Of a stretch of 64,000 bases of DNA, positions 1 through 8,438 are shown in pieces. The notes beneath the pieces are model-generated. The model saw only the letters and a list, made by a program, of their open reading frames with translations, was not told the DNA's origin and did no database searches. The position numbers and the translations under genes are program-made. Where the stretch lies: NCBI GenBank assembly GCA_050257045.1, contig JBLMWD010000027.1, positions 9,743-73,742 on the forward strand, written 5' to 3'. The DNA comes from Bacteroidota bacterium. Its GTDB lineage: Bacteria; Eisenbacteria; RBG-16-71-46; SZUA-252. Position 1 is the stretch's first letter. Each line of letters opens with the position of its first letter.

Positions 1-406
1 CGGCGCCGCCGGCGGCGAGGAGCCGGGAGGTGTGCTCCATCGCCCAGCCGATCCCGACGAAGCCGGTGAACAGGGAGCCTTCCATCGGCACGCGCCCCGC
101 CGCTTCGATCGCGGCGTCCAGGCATTCCCGGGCGAGCGCGGCTTCACCGGGCGCACCGCTTCGCGCGAGGTAGGCGTGCAGCACCGCCTGTCCCGCCGTT
201 CCCGACGCGAGGGACGCATCCACGGCGGCGCGCATGTCCGGAGCCGCGGCCTCCGGCGCCCATCCGGGAAGTGGATGCGCGAAACGGGCCGTGATTCCGC
301 GGAGGGCTTCTTCGGCGCGCGCGCGGAGGGCCGCGTCCGCGATGGGTCGCCACCCGGAAGGTGGCGCGGCCGGAGCCGAAAGAGAGGTGTCGCTCGCCGG
401 TTCCAT
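1..406 (-). CDS. Partial (5' part only; continues past the left edge) LanC-like lanthionine cyclase family protein
   Basis: Minus-strand frame starting at ATG ~406 translates as MEPASDTSLSAPAAPPSGWRPIADAALRARAEEALRGI...GTAGQAVLHAYLARS...SLFTGFVGIGWAMEH. The repeated G-x-x-G-(I/A) helical-repeat motifs (SLFTGFVGIGW) resemble the N-terminal repeats of LanC/LanC-like proteins. It is not in the ORF track because it runs off the edge. GC3 is moderately high. The call rests on motif resemblance only. Confidence 0.35.
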   Translation of the reverse strand, partial: MEPASDTSLSAPAAPPSGWRPIADAALRARAEEALRGITARFAHPLPGWAPEAAAPDMRAAVDASLASGTAGQAVLHAYLARSGAPGEAALARECLDAAIEAAGRVPMEGSLFTGFVGIGWAMEHTSRLLAAGGA

Positions 407-437
407 CGGCGAATGAGGGTAGCACGCGCGGAAGGAA

Positions 438-467
438 TTGACGCGGCCCGGGCGCTGCTCCTAGATT
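438..467 (+). promoter_or_regulatory. Putative sigma70-like promoter for the small peptide gene
   Basis: TTGACG (438-443), an ~18-nt spacer, then TAGATT (462-467). This sits ~85 nt upstream of the AGGAGG SD, in the divergent intergenic region between the LanC-like start and the peptide ORF. Confidence 0.3.
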
Positions 468-560
468 CCACCCCACGCCGCGTCGGCGCCGGCACCCCAC
501 GGCGCCGCATCGCGGCCCGCTCGCAGTCGGGGGTCGGGCTCGAACCAGGAGGAGAACGCC

Positions 561-695
561 GTGAAGACTCCGAAGAAGCTCGTCTTGGCGAAGGAAACGG
601 TGATGCGGCTCCAGTCCCCGGCCAAGAAGGAAGCCGGCCCGGGCGGCACGCATCCGACGTACACGGCGACCACGATCCAGACCGGCTGCTGCTGA
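561..695 (+). CDS. Small ORF (44 aa) missing from the track: candidate RiPP/lanthipeptide-type precursor peptide
   Basis: AGGAGG at 547-552, an 8-nt spacer, then GTG at 561. Translation: VKTPKKLVLAKETVMRLQSPAKKEAGPGGTHPTYTATTIQTGCC*. GC3 is ~90% (40/44 codons end in G/C), which indicates coding. The leader resembles the K-K-L-x-L-x-K-E-T-I-x-x-L class of GG-motif leaders common in FCB-group bacteriocin/RiPP precursors. The PGG is followed by a 15-aa Thr-rich core ending in Cys-Cys. A strong hairpin terminator follows directly. Confidence 0.55.
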   Translation: MKTPKKLVLAKETVMRLQSPAKKEAGPGGTHPTYTATTIQTGCC

Positions 696-708
696 TCGGG
701 AGGGGTCT

Positions 709-745
709 GGTTTTCGAGGCCTCGGGTGCTTCGATCACCCGGGGC
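709..745 (+). terminator. Intrinsic terminator after the small peptide ORF (it could also serve the convergent subtilase gene)
   Basis: GAGGCCTCGGGTG-cttcgat-CACCCGGGGCCTC forms a 13-bp stem (one G-U pair) with a 7-nt loop, followed by the T-rich GTCGTTTATTCC. Confidence 0.5.
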
Positions 746-753
746 CTCGTCGT

Positions 754-2661
754 TTATTCCAGAAGGACGACCCGGAGCGACGCCTCCCCGTCGCGCGTCC
801 GCGCGCGGGCGAAGTAGATCCCCGATCCGACCGGCACGCCCCGGTCGTCGGTGCCGTTCCAGCGGAGCGGGTGGACGCCGGGTCCTACCACGCCGTCCAC
901 CAGGCGCGCGACGCGGCGCCCGCGCACGTCGAACACCGAGACGTCGGCCGTGCCGCCGCGTGGGAGCGAGAGCTCGAGCGCCACGCGCCCGGGGCCCGGC
1001 ACGCGCGACAGCGGCCGGAACCGGAACGTCACGCCCGGAGCGTCGCCCACCCCGGTCAGCGTGTTCACCACGAGCTGGACCGAAACGCCGGTGCTCGGCG
1101 TGACCGGATCGTTGCTCGTGATCGGGAGCGTCGCGTTGTACGTCCCGTCCAGGAGCCCCGTGGCGTCGACATGCACTACGACCGCGGCGCCGGAGCCCGC
1201 CGCGACGTTCCCCGTGTCGGGCGACGCAGAGAGCCAGGCCGCGGGCGCGGGCGTCGGGAGCCGGAAGTCGAGCCGCCCCCGCCCGGTGTTGGACAGGGTG
1301 AGCGTCGTGTCGCGGATCCATCCCGGCGCGACGTAGACGGTGAACGCGGCCGGCGTGGGCGCGACCACGGGGACGTTCCAGAGCGCCTTGTAGGCGTTCA
1401 GCCGCCCGCCGGTCACCGTGATGCCGTTCATCGAGGCGATCGGGTCGACGTTGTCGAGAATGAGCTGGCGGACCACCGCGATCGAAGCGAGTGGGTAGTG
1501 GCCCATCGCGAGCGCCGCCGTTCCGGCGACGTGTGGGCAGGCCATCGAGGTCCCCGTCAGGAGCTGGTACTGGTTCCCCGGCTTGCAGGAGTAGATGTTC
1601 AACCCGGGGGCGCCTAAGTGCACGGTCACGAGCCCGTAGTTGGTGAGCGTGGGCCGGCCGTCGCGCCCATCCGTCGACGTGACGTTGATCATGTTCGGCG
1701 CGAGATAGGACGGCGGCCAGAACGGGACGCTGTCGATGTTCCAGCCGTTGTTCCCGGCGGCGAAGATCATGAGCTGCCCGGCCGCGCCCGCTGCGTTGAT
1801 CGCGTCGAGCATCGCCTGCCCGCCGGACATGTTCCCCCACGAGTTGTTCGTGAGCCGGCAGCCCACGAGGACCGAGTAGCCGATCGCGGAGATGGCGTCG
1901 GCCTCGGTCCCCACGCCCGAGGCGTTCATGAACTTGATCGCGACCATCCGGCACTGCCAGTTCACGCCGGTCACGCCGACGGTATTGTTCCCCACGGCTC
2001 CGATCGTCCCGGCGACGTGGGTGCCGTGATAGCCGTCGTCCATCGGATCGCCGTCGTGGTTCACGAAGTCGTAGCCATGCACGTCGTCGACGTAGCCGTT
2101 CTTGTCGTCGTCCTTGCCGTTCCCCGGTGTCTCCCCGGGATTGGTCCAGACGTTCGCGGCGAGATCGGGATGCGTGTAGTCGATGCCGGTGTCGATGACG
2201 CCGATCTTGAAGTTGGGATCGCCGGTGTAGAGGTCCCACGCCTGCGTCGCCTTGATGTCGCATCCGGCGTAGCCGCCCCCCTGGCCGGTGTTCAGCATCC
2301 CCCAGAGCTGGCTGAAGCTCGGGTCGTTGGGGACGACCTGCGCCTCCTGGGCGTAGACGTAGTGGTTCGGCTGGGCGTAGGCGACGTCCGGATCGCGCGT
2401 GAGGCGCGCGATCGCCTCCTCCGCGGACTGGCCGGAGACGCGGACGTGGTCGGCTCCGATCAAGTCGAGGCGGCCGACGCGCGTGAGGCCGGGGATCGCC
2501 GCCTCGATGGCCGCGCGGCGCGACTCGCTCACGCCGGGGCGGTACTTCACGATAAGCTCGCCCGGGACCGAGTCGGCGGCCGCGGCAACAGAAACGGAAG
2601 CGCTGATCGCCGCGAAGGCAGCGATCAGCGCGACGAGGAGACAAGTCCGGCGCGAGGTCAT
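754..2661 (-). CDS. Secreted subtilisin-like serine protease (peptidase S8) with a T9SS-type C-terminal sorting domain
   Basis: The track ORF 754..2952 is trimmed to the ATG at 2661 (MTSRRTCLLVALIAAFAAISASV is a signal peptide; GGAGG lies upstream). D/H/S motifs: VIDTGID, HGTHVAGTIGA, GTSMACPHVAG. The C-terminal ~80 aa (VSVFDVRGRRVARLVDGVVGPGVHPLRWNGTDDRGVPVGSGIYFARA...LRVVLLE) resemble the Por_Secre_tail / FlgD-Ig-like T9SS CTD. Confidence 0.85.
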   Translation of the reverse strand: MTSRRTCLLVALIAAFAAISASVSVAAAADSVPGELIVKYRPGVSESRRAAIEAAIPGLTRVGRLDLIGADHVRVSGQSAEEAIARLTRDPDVAYAQPNHYVYAQEAQVVPNDPSFSQLWGMLNTGQGGGYAGCDIKATQAWDLYTGDPNFKIGVIDTGIDYTHPDLAANVWTNPGETPGNGKDDDKNGYVDDVHGYDFVNHDGDPMDDGYHGTHVAGTIGAVGNNTVGVTGVNWQCRMVAIKFMNASGVGTEADAISAIGYSVLVGCRLTNNSWGNMSGGQAMLDAINAAGAAGQLMIFAAGNNGWNIDSVPFWPPSYLAPNMINVTSTDGRDGRPTLTNYGLVTVHLGAPGLNIYSCKPGNQYQLLTGTSMACPHVAGTAALAMGHYPLASIAVVRQLILDNVDPIASMNGITVTGGRLNAYKALWNVPVVAPTPAAFTVYVAPGWIRDTTLTLSNTGRGRLDFRLPTPAPAAWLSASPDTGNVAAGSGAAVVVHVDATGLLDGTYNATLPITSNDPVTPSTGVSVQLVVNTLTGVGDAPGVTFRFRPLSRVPGPGRVALELSLPRGGTADVSVFDVRGRRVARLVDGVVGPGVHPLRWNGTDDRGVPVGSGIYFARARTRDGEASLRVVLLE

Positions 2662-2678
2662 GCCGGCCTCCTTTTCGG

Positions 2679-3179
2679 TTATGCGGGTTTGGAGAGGAGG
2701 AGCCGCCTCGTGTAGGGGATCAGCCCTCCCGCGTCGATGATCGCCTGGCGCGCCTTGGGAAGCGGCACCACGGGAAAGGAGGCTCCGGTCGTCTTGTTCA
2801 CGACCCCGCCGTCGCGGAAGGCGAGGATGTCGCCCTCCTTGGCCTCGAGGGTCGGGCAGATCACCATCCGGAGCCCGAGGTTGATCGCGTTCTGGAGGAA
2901 GATGCGCGCGAAGTTCCGCGCCACCACGGTGACATCGTAGCCCTTGAGGCACGAGGCCGCCTGTTCACGCGAGGAGCCGCAGCCGAAGTTCTTTCCCGCG
3001 ACGAGCACGCTCCCCGCGGGCACGTCGCCCGCGCGCAGCGCGCGATTGAAGGCGACGTCGTCGGCGAAGGCGTACTGCGGCGTCTCGCTGGGCAGCACCG
3101 TCGCCATGAAGCGGCCCGGATAGATGATGTCGGTCGACACGTCGTCGCCGACGGCCTTGACCACGCGTCCTTCGATCAT
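2679..3179 (-). CDS. leuD: 3-isopropylmalate/homoaconitate dehydratase small subunit (LeuD-type, short archaeal-like form)
   Basis: MIEGRVVKAVGDDVSTDIIYPGRF...; the start ATG overlaps the leuC stop (ATGA). 166 aa. Confidence 0.8.
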   Translation of the reverse strand: MIEGRVVKAVGDDVSTDIIYPGRFMATVLPSETPQYAFADDVAFNRALRAGDVPAGSVLVAGKNFGCGSSREQAASCLKGYDVTVVARNFARIFLQNAINLGLRMVICPTLEAKEGDILAFRDGGVVNKTTGASFPVVPLPKARQAIIDAGGLIPYTRRLLLSKPA

Positions 3180-4468
3180 GACCGGGCCTCCCTCGGATCG
3201 GTGATCACGCCGGCGATCGCGCTCGCCGCGGCCACCGCGGGCGAGCAGAGATAGACCTCGCCGGCCGGGTTCCCCATCCGGCCCTTGAAGTTCCGGTTCG
3301 TCGTCGAGAGGGCGACCTCGCCGTCGCCGAGGGCCCCCTGGTGCACGCCGAGACACGGGCCGCACCCCGGGTTGCAGACGACCGCGCCCGCCTCCATGAG
3401 ATCGCGGAGATAACCCCGGTCGAGCGCCTGGTGGAAGATGCGCCACGAGGCCGGGAAGACGAGCATCCGGGTCCCCGCCGCCACCTTCCGGCCGCGGAGC
3501 GTGCGCGCCGCGACCTCGAGGTCGTCGAGCCGTCCGTTCGTGCACGAGCCGATCACCACCTGCTGGATGCGGGTGCCTCTCACCGCGGCGACCGGTTTCA
3601 CGTTGTCGACGGTGTGCGGACAGGCGACCTGCGGCGCGAGCATGGCCGCGTCGATGTGGATCACCTGCTCGTAGGCGGCGTCGGGATCCGGCCCGAAGAT
3701 CTCGATCCGTTCCTTCACGCCGGCCTCCTCGCGGAGGTAGCGGAGCGTCTCGGCGTCCGGCGGCACCACGCCGGCCGTCGCGCCCGCCTCGACCGCCATG
3801 TTGCAGAGGACGAGCCGCCCCGACGTCGGCATGTTGCGGATGGCCGAGCCGTGGAACTCGAGGACCTTGAAGTTCGCCCCCTCGGCCGAGATCGTCCCGA
3901 TCAGGTGGAGGATCAGGTCCTTCGCGTAGACTCCGTCGGGGAGCACGCCGTTCACCACGACCTGGATCGTGCCCGGCGCCTCGACGTTCAGGATGCGGCC
4001 GAGCGCCCAGACCGAGGCCATCTCGGTCGCGCCGATGCCGAAGGCGAACGCACCCAGCGCCCCGTGCGTCGTGGTGTGGCTGTCGGTGCCGACGACGACG
4101 GCGCCCGGACGGACGTAGCCGTTCTCGGGAAGGATCTGATGGCAGATGCCGCCCACGTCGCCGCGCACGTCGTGGAACTTCACGATGCCGGCCGCCCCCA
4201 CGAATTCCCGCACCTTCTTCTGGTTGCTCGCCGTCTTCGCCGACTCCGCCGGAACGCGGTGGTCGAAGACGATCGCGATCTTGGAGGGATCCCAGACCCG
4301 GGCCTCGCGGCCGGTGTCGCGGAAGATCTCCTGGAACTGGTTCAGGACGAGCGCCGCGTTCTCGTGCGACATCGCGAGGTCGACCGGCGGCTCGACCACC
4401 TCGCCGACCGCGACTTCCCGCCGCCCGAGAGCGCGCGCGAGGAGCTTCTGCACGTAGGTCTGGCCCAT
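3176..4468 (-). CDS. leuC: 3-isopropylmalate dehydratase large subunit (aconitase family)
   Basis: MGQTYVQKLLARALGR...; Fe-S ligand motifs VIGSCTNGR and CNPGCGPCLG. The track ORF is trimmed to the ATG at 4468. Confidence 0.85.
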   Translation of the reverse strand: MGQTYVQKLLARALGRREVAVGEVVEPPVDLAMSHENAALVLNQFQEIFRDTGREARVWDPSKIAIVFDHRVPAESAKTASNQKKVREFVGAAGIVKFHDVRGDVGGICHQILPENGYVRPGAVVVGTDSHTTTHGALGAFAFGIGATEMASVWALGRILNVEAPGTIQVVVNGVLPDGVYAKDLILHLIGTISAEGANFKVLEFHGSAIRNMPTSGRLVLCNMAVEAGATAGVVPPDAETLRYLREEAGVKERIEIFGPDPDAAYEQVIHIDAAMLAPQVACPHTVDNVKPVAAVRGTRIQQVVIGSCTNGRLDDLEVAARTLRGRKVAAGTRMLVFPASWRIFHQALDRGYLRDLMEAGAVVCNPGCGPCLGVHQGALGDGEVALSTTNRNFKGRMGNPAGEVYLCSPAVAAASAIAGVITDPREARS

Positions 4469-4472
4469 GGCT

Positions 4473-5693
4473 CTACACGACTCCTTTCGCCCGGAGCGCG
4501 CACACGGCGTCGCCGTCCACGCCGACTTCGGCCAGCACCTCGGCCGTGTGCGCCGAGAGGCGCGGCGGCGGGCCCGTGATCGCACCCGGGGTCTTTTCGA
4601 ACTTGGCGGTGAGGTCGAAGAGCGGGACCGTCCCGATCCCCTCGACCGGCACGTCCTTCAGCGTCTCGCGGTGGCGGATCTGGGCTTGCCGGAGGGCGTC
4701 GCCGAGCGCGAGGATCGCGCCGGTCGGCACGTCGCGCGCGTTCAGCCGCTCCACCCAGACCGCCGTGGGACATTGCGTGAGGCGCTCCTCGAGGATCGGC
4801 GTGAGCTCCTTCCGGTTCTTCTTCCGGACGTCCCGCTTCTGGAACCGCGGATCGGCCTTCAGGTCCGCGAGCCCGAGCTCCTCGCAAAGCGCCTCCCACT
4901 GCTCCTGCTTGTTCGCGGCGATGTTGACGTAGCCGTCCCGCGTCCGGAACGTCCCCGAGGGGGCGGCGGTGAAGTTGTCGTTCCCCATGAGGACCGGCTG
5001 CTGGCCGCCGATCAGGAGATTCGCCGCCACCCAGCCCATGAGCGGCATGATCGAGTCGAGCATCGCGACGTCGATGAACTGCCCCTCGCCGGTGCGCTCG
5101 CGGTGATAGAGCGCGGCGAGGATGGCGAAGGCGGCGTTCAGCCCCCCAACCGTGTCGCAGACCGGGAAACCGGCGCGGAGCGGGTTCAGGCGCTCGTCGC
5201 CGTTCACGGCCATGACCCCCGAGAGGCCCTGGATGATCTGGTCGTAGGCGGGCTTCAGCGCGTCGGGTCCGGTGTGGCCGAAGCCCGAGATCGCGCAGTA
5301 GATGAGCCGCGGGTTGTCGGCCGCGAGCGTCGCGTAGCCGAGGCCCATCCGTTCCATCACGTCGGGGCGGAAGTTCTCGACCAGGACGTCGGACTTGGCG
5401 GCGAGCTTCCGGAAGATCTCCTTCCCCTCGGGCGTCTTCATGTTGAGGGTGACGGAGCGCTTGTTCGCATTCTGCGCGAGGAACGAGGTCCCCATGAGCT
5501 GCTCGTTCAGCTCCGGAACGATCCCGAGCTTGCGGGCGAGGTCGCCGTCCTTGGGGTTCTCGATCTTCACCACGTCCGCCCCGAGGAGGGCGAGGTGGAG
5601 GGTGGCGAAGGGTCCGGCGAGGACGTTGGTGAGGTCGAGGACGCGGATCCCCTGGAGCAGGGTGCGCGCGCCGGAGATCTCCGGTTGGCTCAC
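4473..5693 (-). CDS. Family III CoA-transferase (CaiB/BaiF family)
   Basis: RTLLQGIRVLDLTNVLAGPFAT...FRPDVMERMGLGY... The only in-frame start is GTG ~5693, overlapping the upstream gene stop (GTGA). ~406 aa. Confidence 0.75.
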   Translation of the reverse strand: MSQPEISGARTLLQGIRVLDLTNVLAGPFATLHLALLGADVVKIENPKDGDLARKLGIVPELNEQLMGTSFLAQNANKRSVTLNMKTPEGKEIFRKLAAKSDVLVENFRPDVMERMGLGYATLAADNPRLIYCAISGFGHTGPDALKPAYDQIIQGLSGVMAVNGDERLNPLRAGFPVCDTVGGLNAAFAILAALYHRERTGEGQFIDVAMLDSIMPLMGWVAANLLIGGQQPVLMGNDNFTAAPSGTFRTRDGYVNIAANKQEQWEALCEELGLADLKADPRFQKRDVRKKNRKELTPILEERLTQCPTAVWVERLNARDVPTGAILALGDALRQAQIRHRETLKDVPVEGIGTVPLFDLTAKFEKTPGAITGPPPRLSAHTAEVLAEVGVDGDAVCALRAKGVV

Positions 5694-6601
5694 GCCGGCA
5701 CTTTCGTGGGAAGCGGCCCCGTCTTGTGGACGAACCCCGGCAGGTCGCGGCCGAAGTGCGCGGACACCTCGCGGGCCACCTCGATCAGCCGCTCGAGATC
5801 CACGTCCGGGCGCTTCCCCTCGAGATGGAGGGCATGAACGAAGTCCTCGGTCGCGACGTTCCCGGCCGCCACCTTCGTGAAGGGGCAGCCGCCGAGCCCG
5901 CCGAACGACGTCTCGAAGGAGGTGACCCCGGCGCGCATGGCGGCGTAGATGTTCGCCATCCCCATGCCGTAGGTGTTGTGGAAGTGGCAGGTGGCCTCGA
6001 TCGTGGGGTCGATGGCGAAGACGGCGTTGAAGAGCCGCTCCACCTGTCCGGGACGGCCGTGCCCCGCCGTGTCGGCGAGGCTGATCGAGCGGAACCCCGC
6101 GCCGACGTACGCGCGGACCATGTCGAGCACCCGGTCCTCGGGGATCGCCCCCTCGAAGCCGCAGCCGAACGCCGACTGCACCGAGAGCTGCACCTTCCGG
6201 CCCGCCTCGACGGCGCGCTTCGCCGTGGCGATGATCCGCGTCACCGCCTCCTCGCTCCCCATGCCGGTGTTGGCGAGGCTGTGCGTCTCGCTCGCCGAAG
6301 CGCCCATGCAGAAGAGCTCGACGCCGCAAGCGAGCCCTCGATCGAGCCCCTTCTCGTTCAGCACGAGGCCCGAGAGGACGACTCCCGGCGCCTTCCCCTC
6401 GGTGAGGCGCCGGAAGAGTTTGTCGGTGTCGGCCATCTGCGGAACCTTGTCCGGGTGGACGAAGGAGCCCACCTGCACGATGTCCACGCCCGAGGCCATC
6501 ACGTTGCGGATCCAGGCCTCTTTCTTCGCCGTCGAGACGATCTGCTTCTCCATCTGGAGTCCGTCGCGCGGCCCGACCTCGTGCAGGACGATGCGGTTCA
6601 T
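5690..6601 (-). CDS. HMG-CoA lyase family protein (hydroxymethylglutaryl-CoA lyase or citramalyl-CoA lyase-like)
   Basis: MNRIVLHEVGPRDGLQMEKQIVSTAKKE...VPQMAD...GLGGCPF...GNVATEDFV closely parallels the HMGCL signatures EVGPRDGLQNEK / VPQMGD / GLGGCPY..GNLATEDLV. The RDGLQ motif (not the RDGEQ of LeuA/CimA) indicates an acyl-CoA lyase rather than a synthase. Confidence 0.8.
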   Translation of the reverse strand: MNRIVLHEVGPRDGLQMEKQIVSTAKKEAWIRNVMASGVDIVQVGSFVHPDKVPQMADTDKLFRRLTEGKAPGVVLSGLVLNEKGLDRGLACGVELFCMGASASETHSLANTGMGSEEAVTRIIATAKRAVEAGRKVQLSVQSAFGCGFEGAIPEDRVLDMVRAYVGAGFRSISLADTAGHGRPGQVERLFNAVFAIDPTIEATCHFHNTYGMGMANIYAAMRAGVTSFETSFGGLGGCPFTKVAAGNVATEDFVHALHLEGKRPDVDLERLIEVAREVSAHFGRDLPGFVHKTGPLPTKVPA

Positions 6602-6612
6602 GGCGGAGCCCT

Positions 6613-7779
6613 CTACGTTCGCGTCACACCCGCGCCGCGGGTGATGGATGGAGAGGCGGCGCGACACGTTTCCCCGACGGCGCGCGCCATGTCGAGCGTA
6701 CCGGCCGCCCCTCCCATGTCGTAGGTCCGGACCTTCCCTTCCTTCACGACGGACGCGACCGCCGCCTCGATGGCGTCAGCCTTCGCGCCCTCGCCGAGCC
6801 AGTCGAGCATCATCCTGGCGGCGAGGATCGTCGCGATCGGGTTGGCCTTGTACTTCCCCGCGTGCTTCGGCGCCGACCCGTGCGTCGGCTCGAAGACCGC
6901 GACGGTGCCGCCGATGTTGCCGGAGCAGCCGAAGCCGAGGCCGCCGACCATCTGCGCGCAGAGATCCGAGATGATGTCGCCGTACAGGTTGGGTGCCACG
7001 ATCACGTCGTAGTTGAAGGGATTCTTGAGCAGCCACATCGTCATCGCGTCGATGTTCGCGTCGTCCATCGCGATGCCGGGATACTCCGCCGCGACGCGGC
7101 GGGCCTCCTCGAGGAAGAGCCCGTCGGTGGCGCGGACGACGTTTGCCTTGTGGACGACGGTGACCTTCTTCCGGCCGAACTTCTTCGCGAACTCGAACGC
7201 GGCGCGGACGATCCGCTCCGACCCGTGCTTCGTGTTCACCTTGCAGGAGATCGCGTATTCGTCCCCCTTCAGGCCGGCAAACGCCTTGAAGGGCGGTGAA
7301 AGCGCCGTGAGCGTGTCGCGCAGGGCGTCGGGGACTTTCGGGAACTCGACGCCGGCGTAGAGGTCCTCCGTGTTCTCGCGGAAGACGACGAGATCGATCC
7401 CTTCCTTGAAGTTGAGGGGATTCCCGGGGAACGCCTTGCAGGGGCGGAGGCAGACGTAGAGATCGAAGAGCTGCCGCATGCGGACGATCGGGGAACGGTA
7501 GACGAGGCTCTTCCCCTGGAGCTCGGGAACGAGCTCCCGCTCCGCTTCCTTGAGCGGCTTCGACGTGATCGCGCCGAACAGCGCGGCGTCCACGTTCCGG
7601 AGGAGCTCGATGGTGCGCGGAGGCAACGCGTCCCCCTCGCGGCGCCAGAACTCCCAGCCGATGTCGCCGGGAACGTATTCCGCGTCGAATCCGACGGCGT
7701 CGAGGACGAGGCGGGCAGCCTCCATCACCTCGACCCCGATCCCATCTCCCGGCAGCCAGCCGATCTTGTATCGTGCCAT
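6613..7779 (-). CDS. icd: Isocitrate/isopropylmalate dehydrogenase family protein, closest to prokaryotic NADP-isocitrate dehydrogenase (Icd type)
   Basis: MARYKIGWLPGDGIGVEV...DLYVCLRPCKAFPGNP...VVFRENTEDLYAGVEF...HKANVVRATDGLF...NLYGDIISDL...GNIG parallels E. coli Icd (DLYICLRP..., IFRENSEDIYAGIEW, HKGNIMKFTEGAF). 388 aa. It could alternatively be a homoisocitrate or 3-IPM dehydrogenase. Confidence 0.65.
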   Translation of the reverse strand: MARYKIGWLPGDGIGVEVMEAARLVLDAVGFDAEYVPGDIGWEFWRREGDALPPRTIELLRNVDAALFGAITSKPLKEAERELVPELQGKSLVYRSPIVRMRQLFDLYVCLRPCKAFPGNPLNFKEGIDLVVFRENTEDLYAGVEFPKVPDALRDTLTALSPPFKAFAGLKGDEYAISCKVNTKHGSERIVRAAFEFAKKFGRKKVTVVHKANVVRATDGLFLEEARRVAAEYPGIAMDDANIDAMTMWLLKNPFNYDVIVAPNLYGDIISDLCAQMVGGLGFGCSGNIGGTVAVFEPTHGSAPKHAGKYKANPIATILAARMMLDWLGEGAKADAIEAAVASVVKEGKVRTYDMGGAAGTLDMARAVGETCRAASPSITRGAGVTRT

Positions 7780-7873
7780 GCCGATTGCCCTCCCCGGCCA
7801 CTGCCGATCGTAAGGCCCGGGCACGGCCGGGGTCGCCCCCTACCGAGGGCTACTTACCGGGTGGCCCGAGGGA

Positions 7874-8401
7874 TCATCCTCCTGCGGAAACGGTCTCGGC
7901 CGGCCGCGGCGCCTCCTTCGGCGCCTCCACCGTGCGCGGAACGCCTCCGGCCAGCGTGCAGACGAAGCGCATGATCTTGTGGCCCGGGTCGGCGGTCGGA
8001 TCGAACATGCAGGGGCACCCCCCGGCGATCACGGTGATCCCCCGCTCGCGGCCGTAGGCCGCGGCCTCCTTCGAGACGCTCCCCGCCCCCATCGAGCGGT
8101 GCATCCAGACCTCCCGCACCCCGAGATCGGCGCATTCCTTCATCGCGGTCATGGCGGTCTCGGGCCGGGTGCCGATCACCACGGCCTCGACGCCCCCCGG
8201 AATCGACTTGAGATCGGGATAGGCGCGGTCGCCCGCGACTTTCTCGGCGTTCGGGTTGACGGCGAAAACCTGGTAGCCCCGCTCGCGCAGCCGCTGGTAG
8301 ACGGCGTTGGCCGCGTGGGGCTGGGGATTCCTCGAAACGCCGGTCACGGCGATGCGCTTGTGAGCCAGAAACTTCGCGGCGGCTTCTCGAATCGTGCTCA
8401 T
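7874..8401 (-). CDS. CoA-binding domain protein (YccU-like)
   Basis: HKRIAVTGVSRNPQPHAANAVYQRLRERGYQVFAVNPN...; Rossmann-like CoA-binding fold signature. Confidence 0.7.
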   Translation of the reverse strand: MSTIREAAAKFLAHKRIAVTGVSRNPQPHAANAVYQRLRERGYQVFAVNPNAEKVAGDRAYPDLKSIPGGVEAVVIGTRPETAMTAMKECADLGVREVWMHRSMGAGSVSKEAAAYGRERGITVIAGGCPCMFDPTADPGHKIMRFVCTLAGGVPRTVEAPKEAPRPAETVSAGG

Positions 8402-8438
8402 GGCAGCTCTCCTGTGCGCCCGCGGGCGCCCACGACGG

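Noticed and set aside
461-2644. 727-aa minus-strand ORF (and 32..817, 726..1103, 871..1617, 1618..2715 plus-strand ORFs) overlapping the subtilase gene
   Set aside because: The translations are Arg/Gly/Pro-rich and low-complexity, typical of off-frame ORFs in 70%-GC DNA. The S8 protease frame (754..2661) has clear catalytic motifs and a signal peptide.
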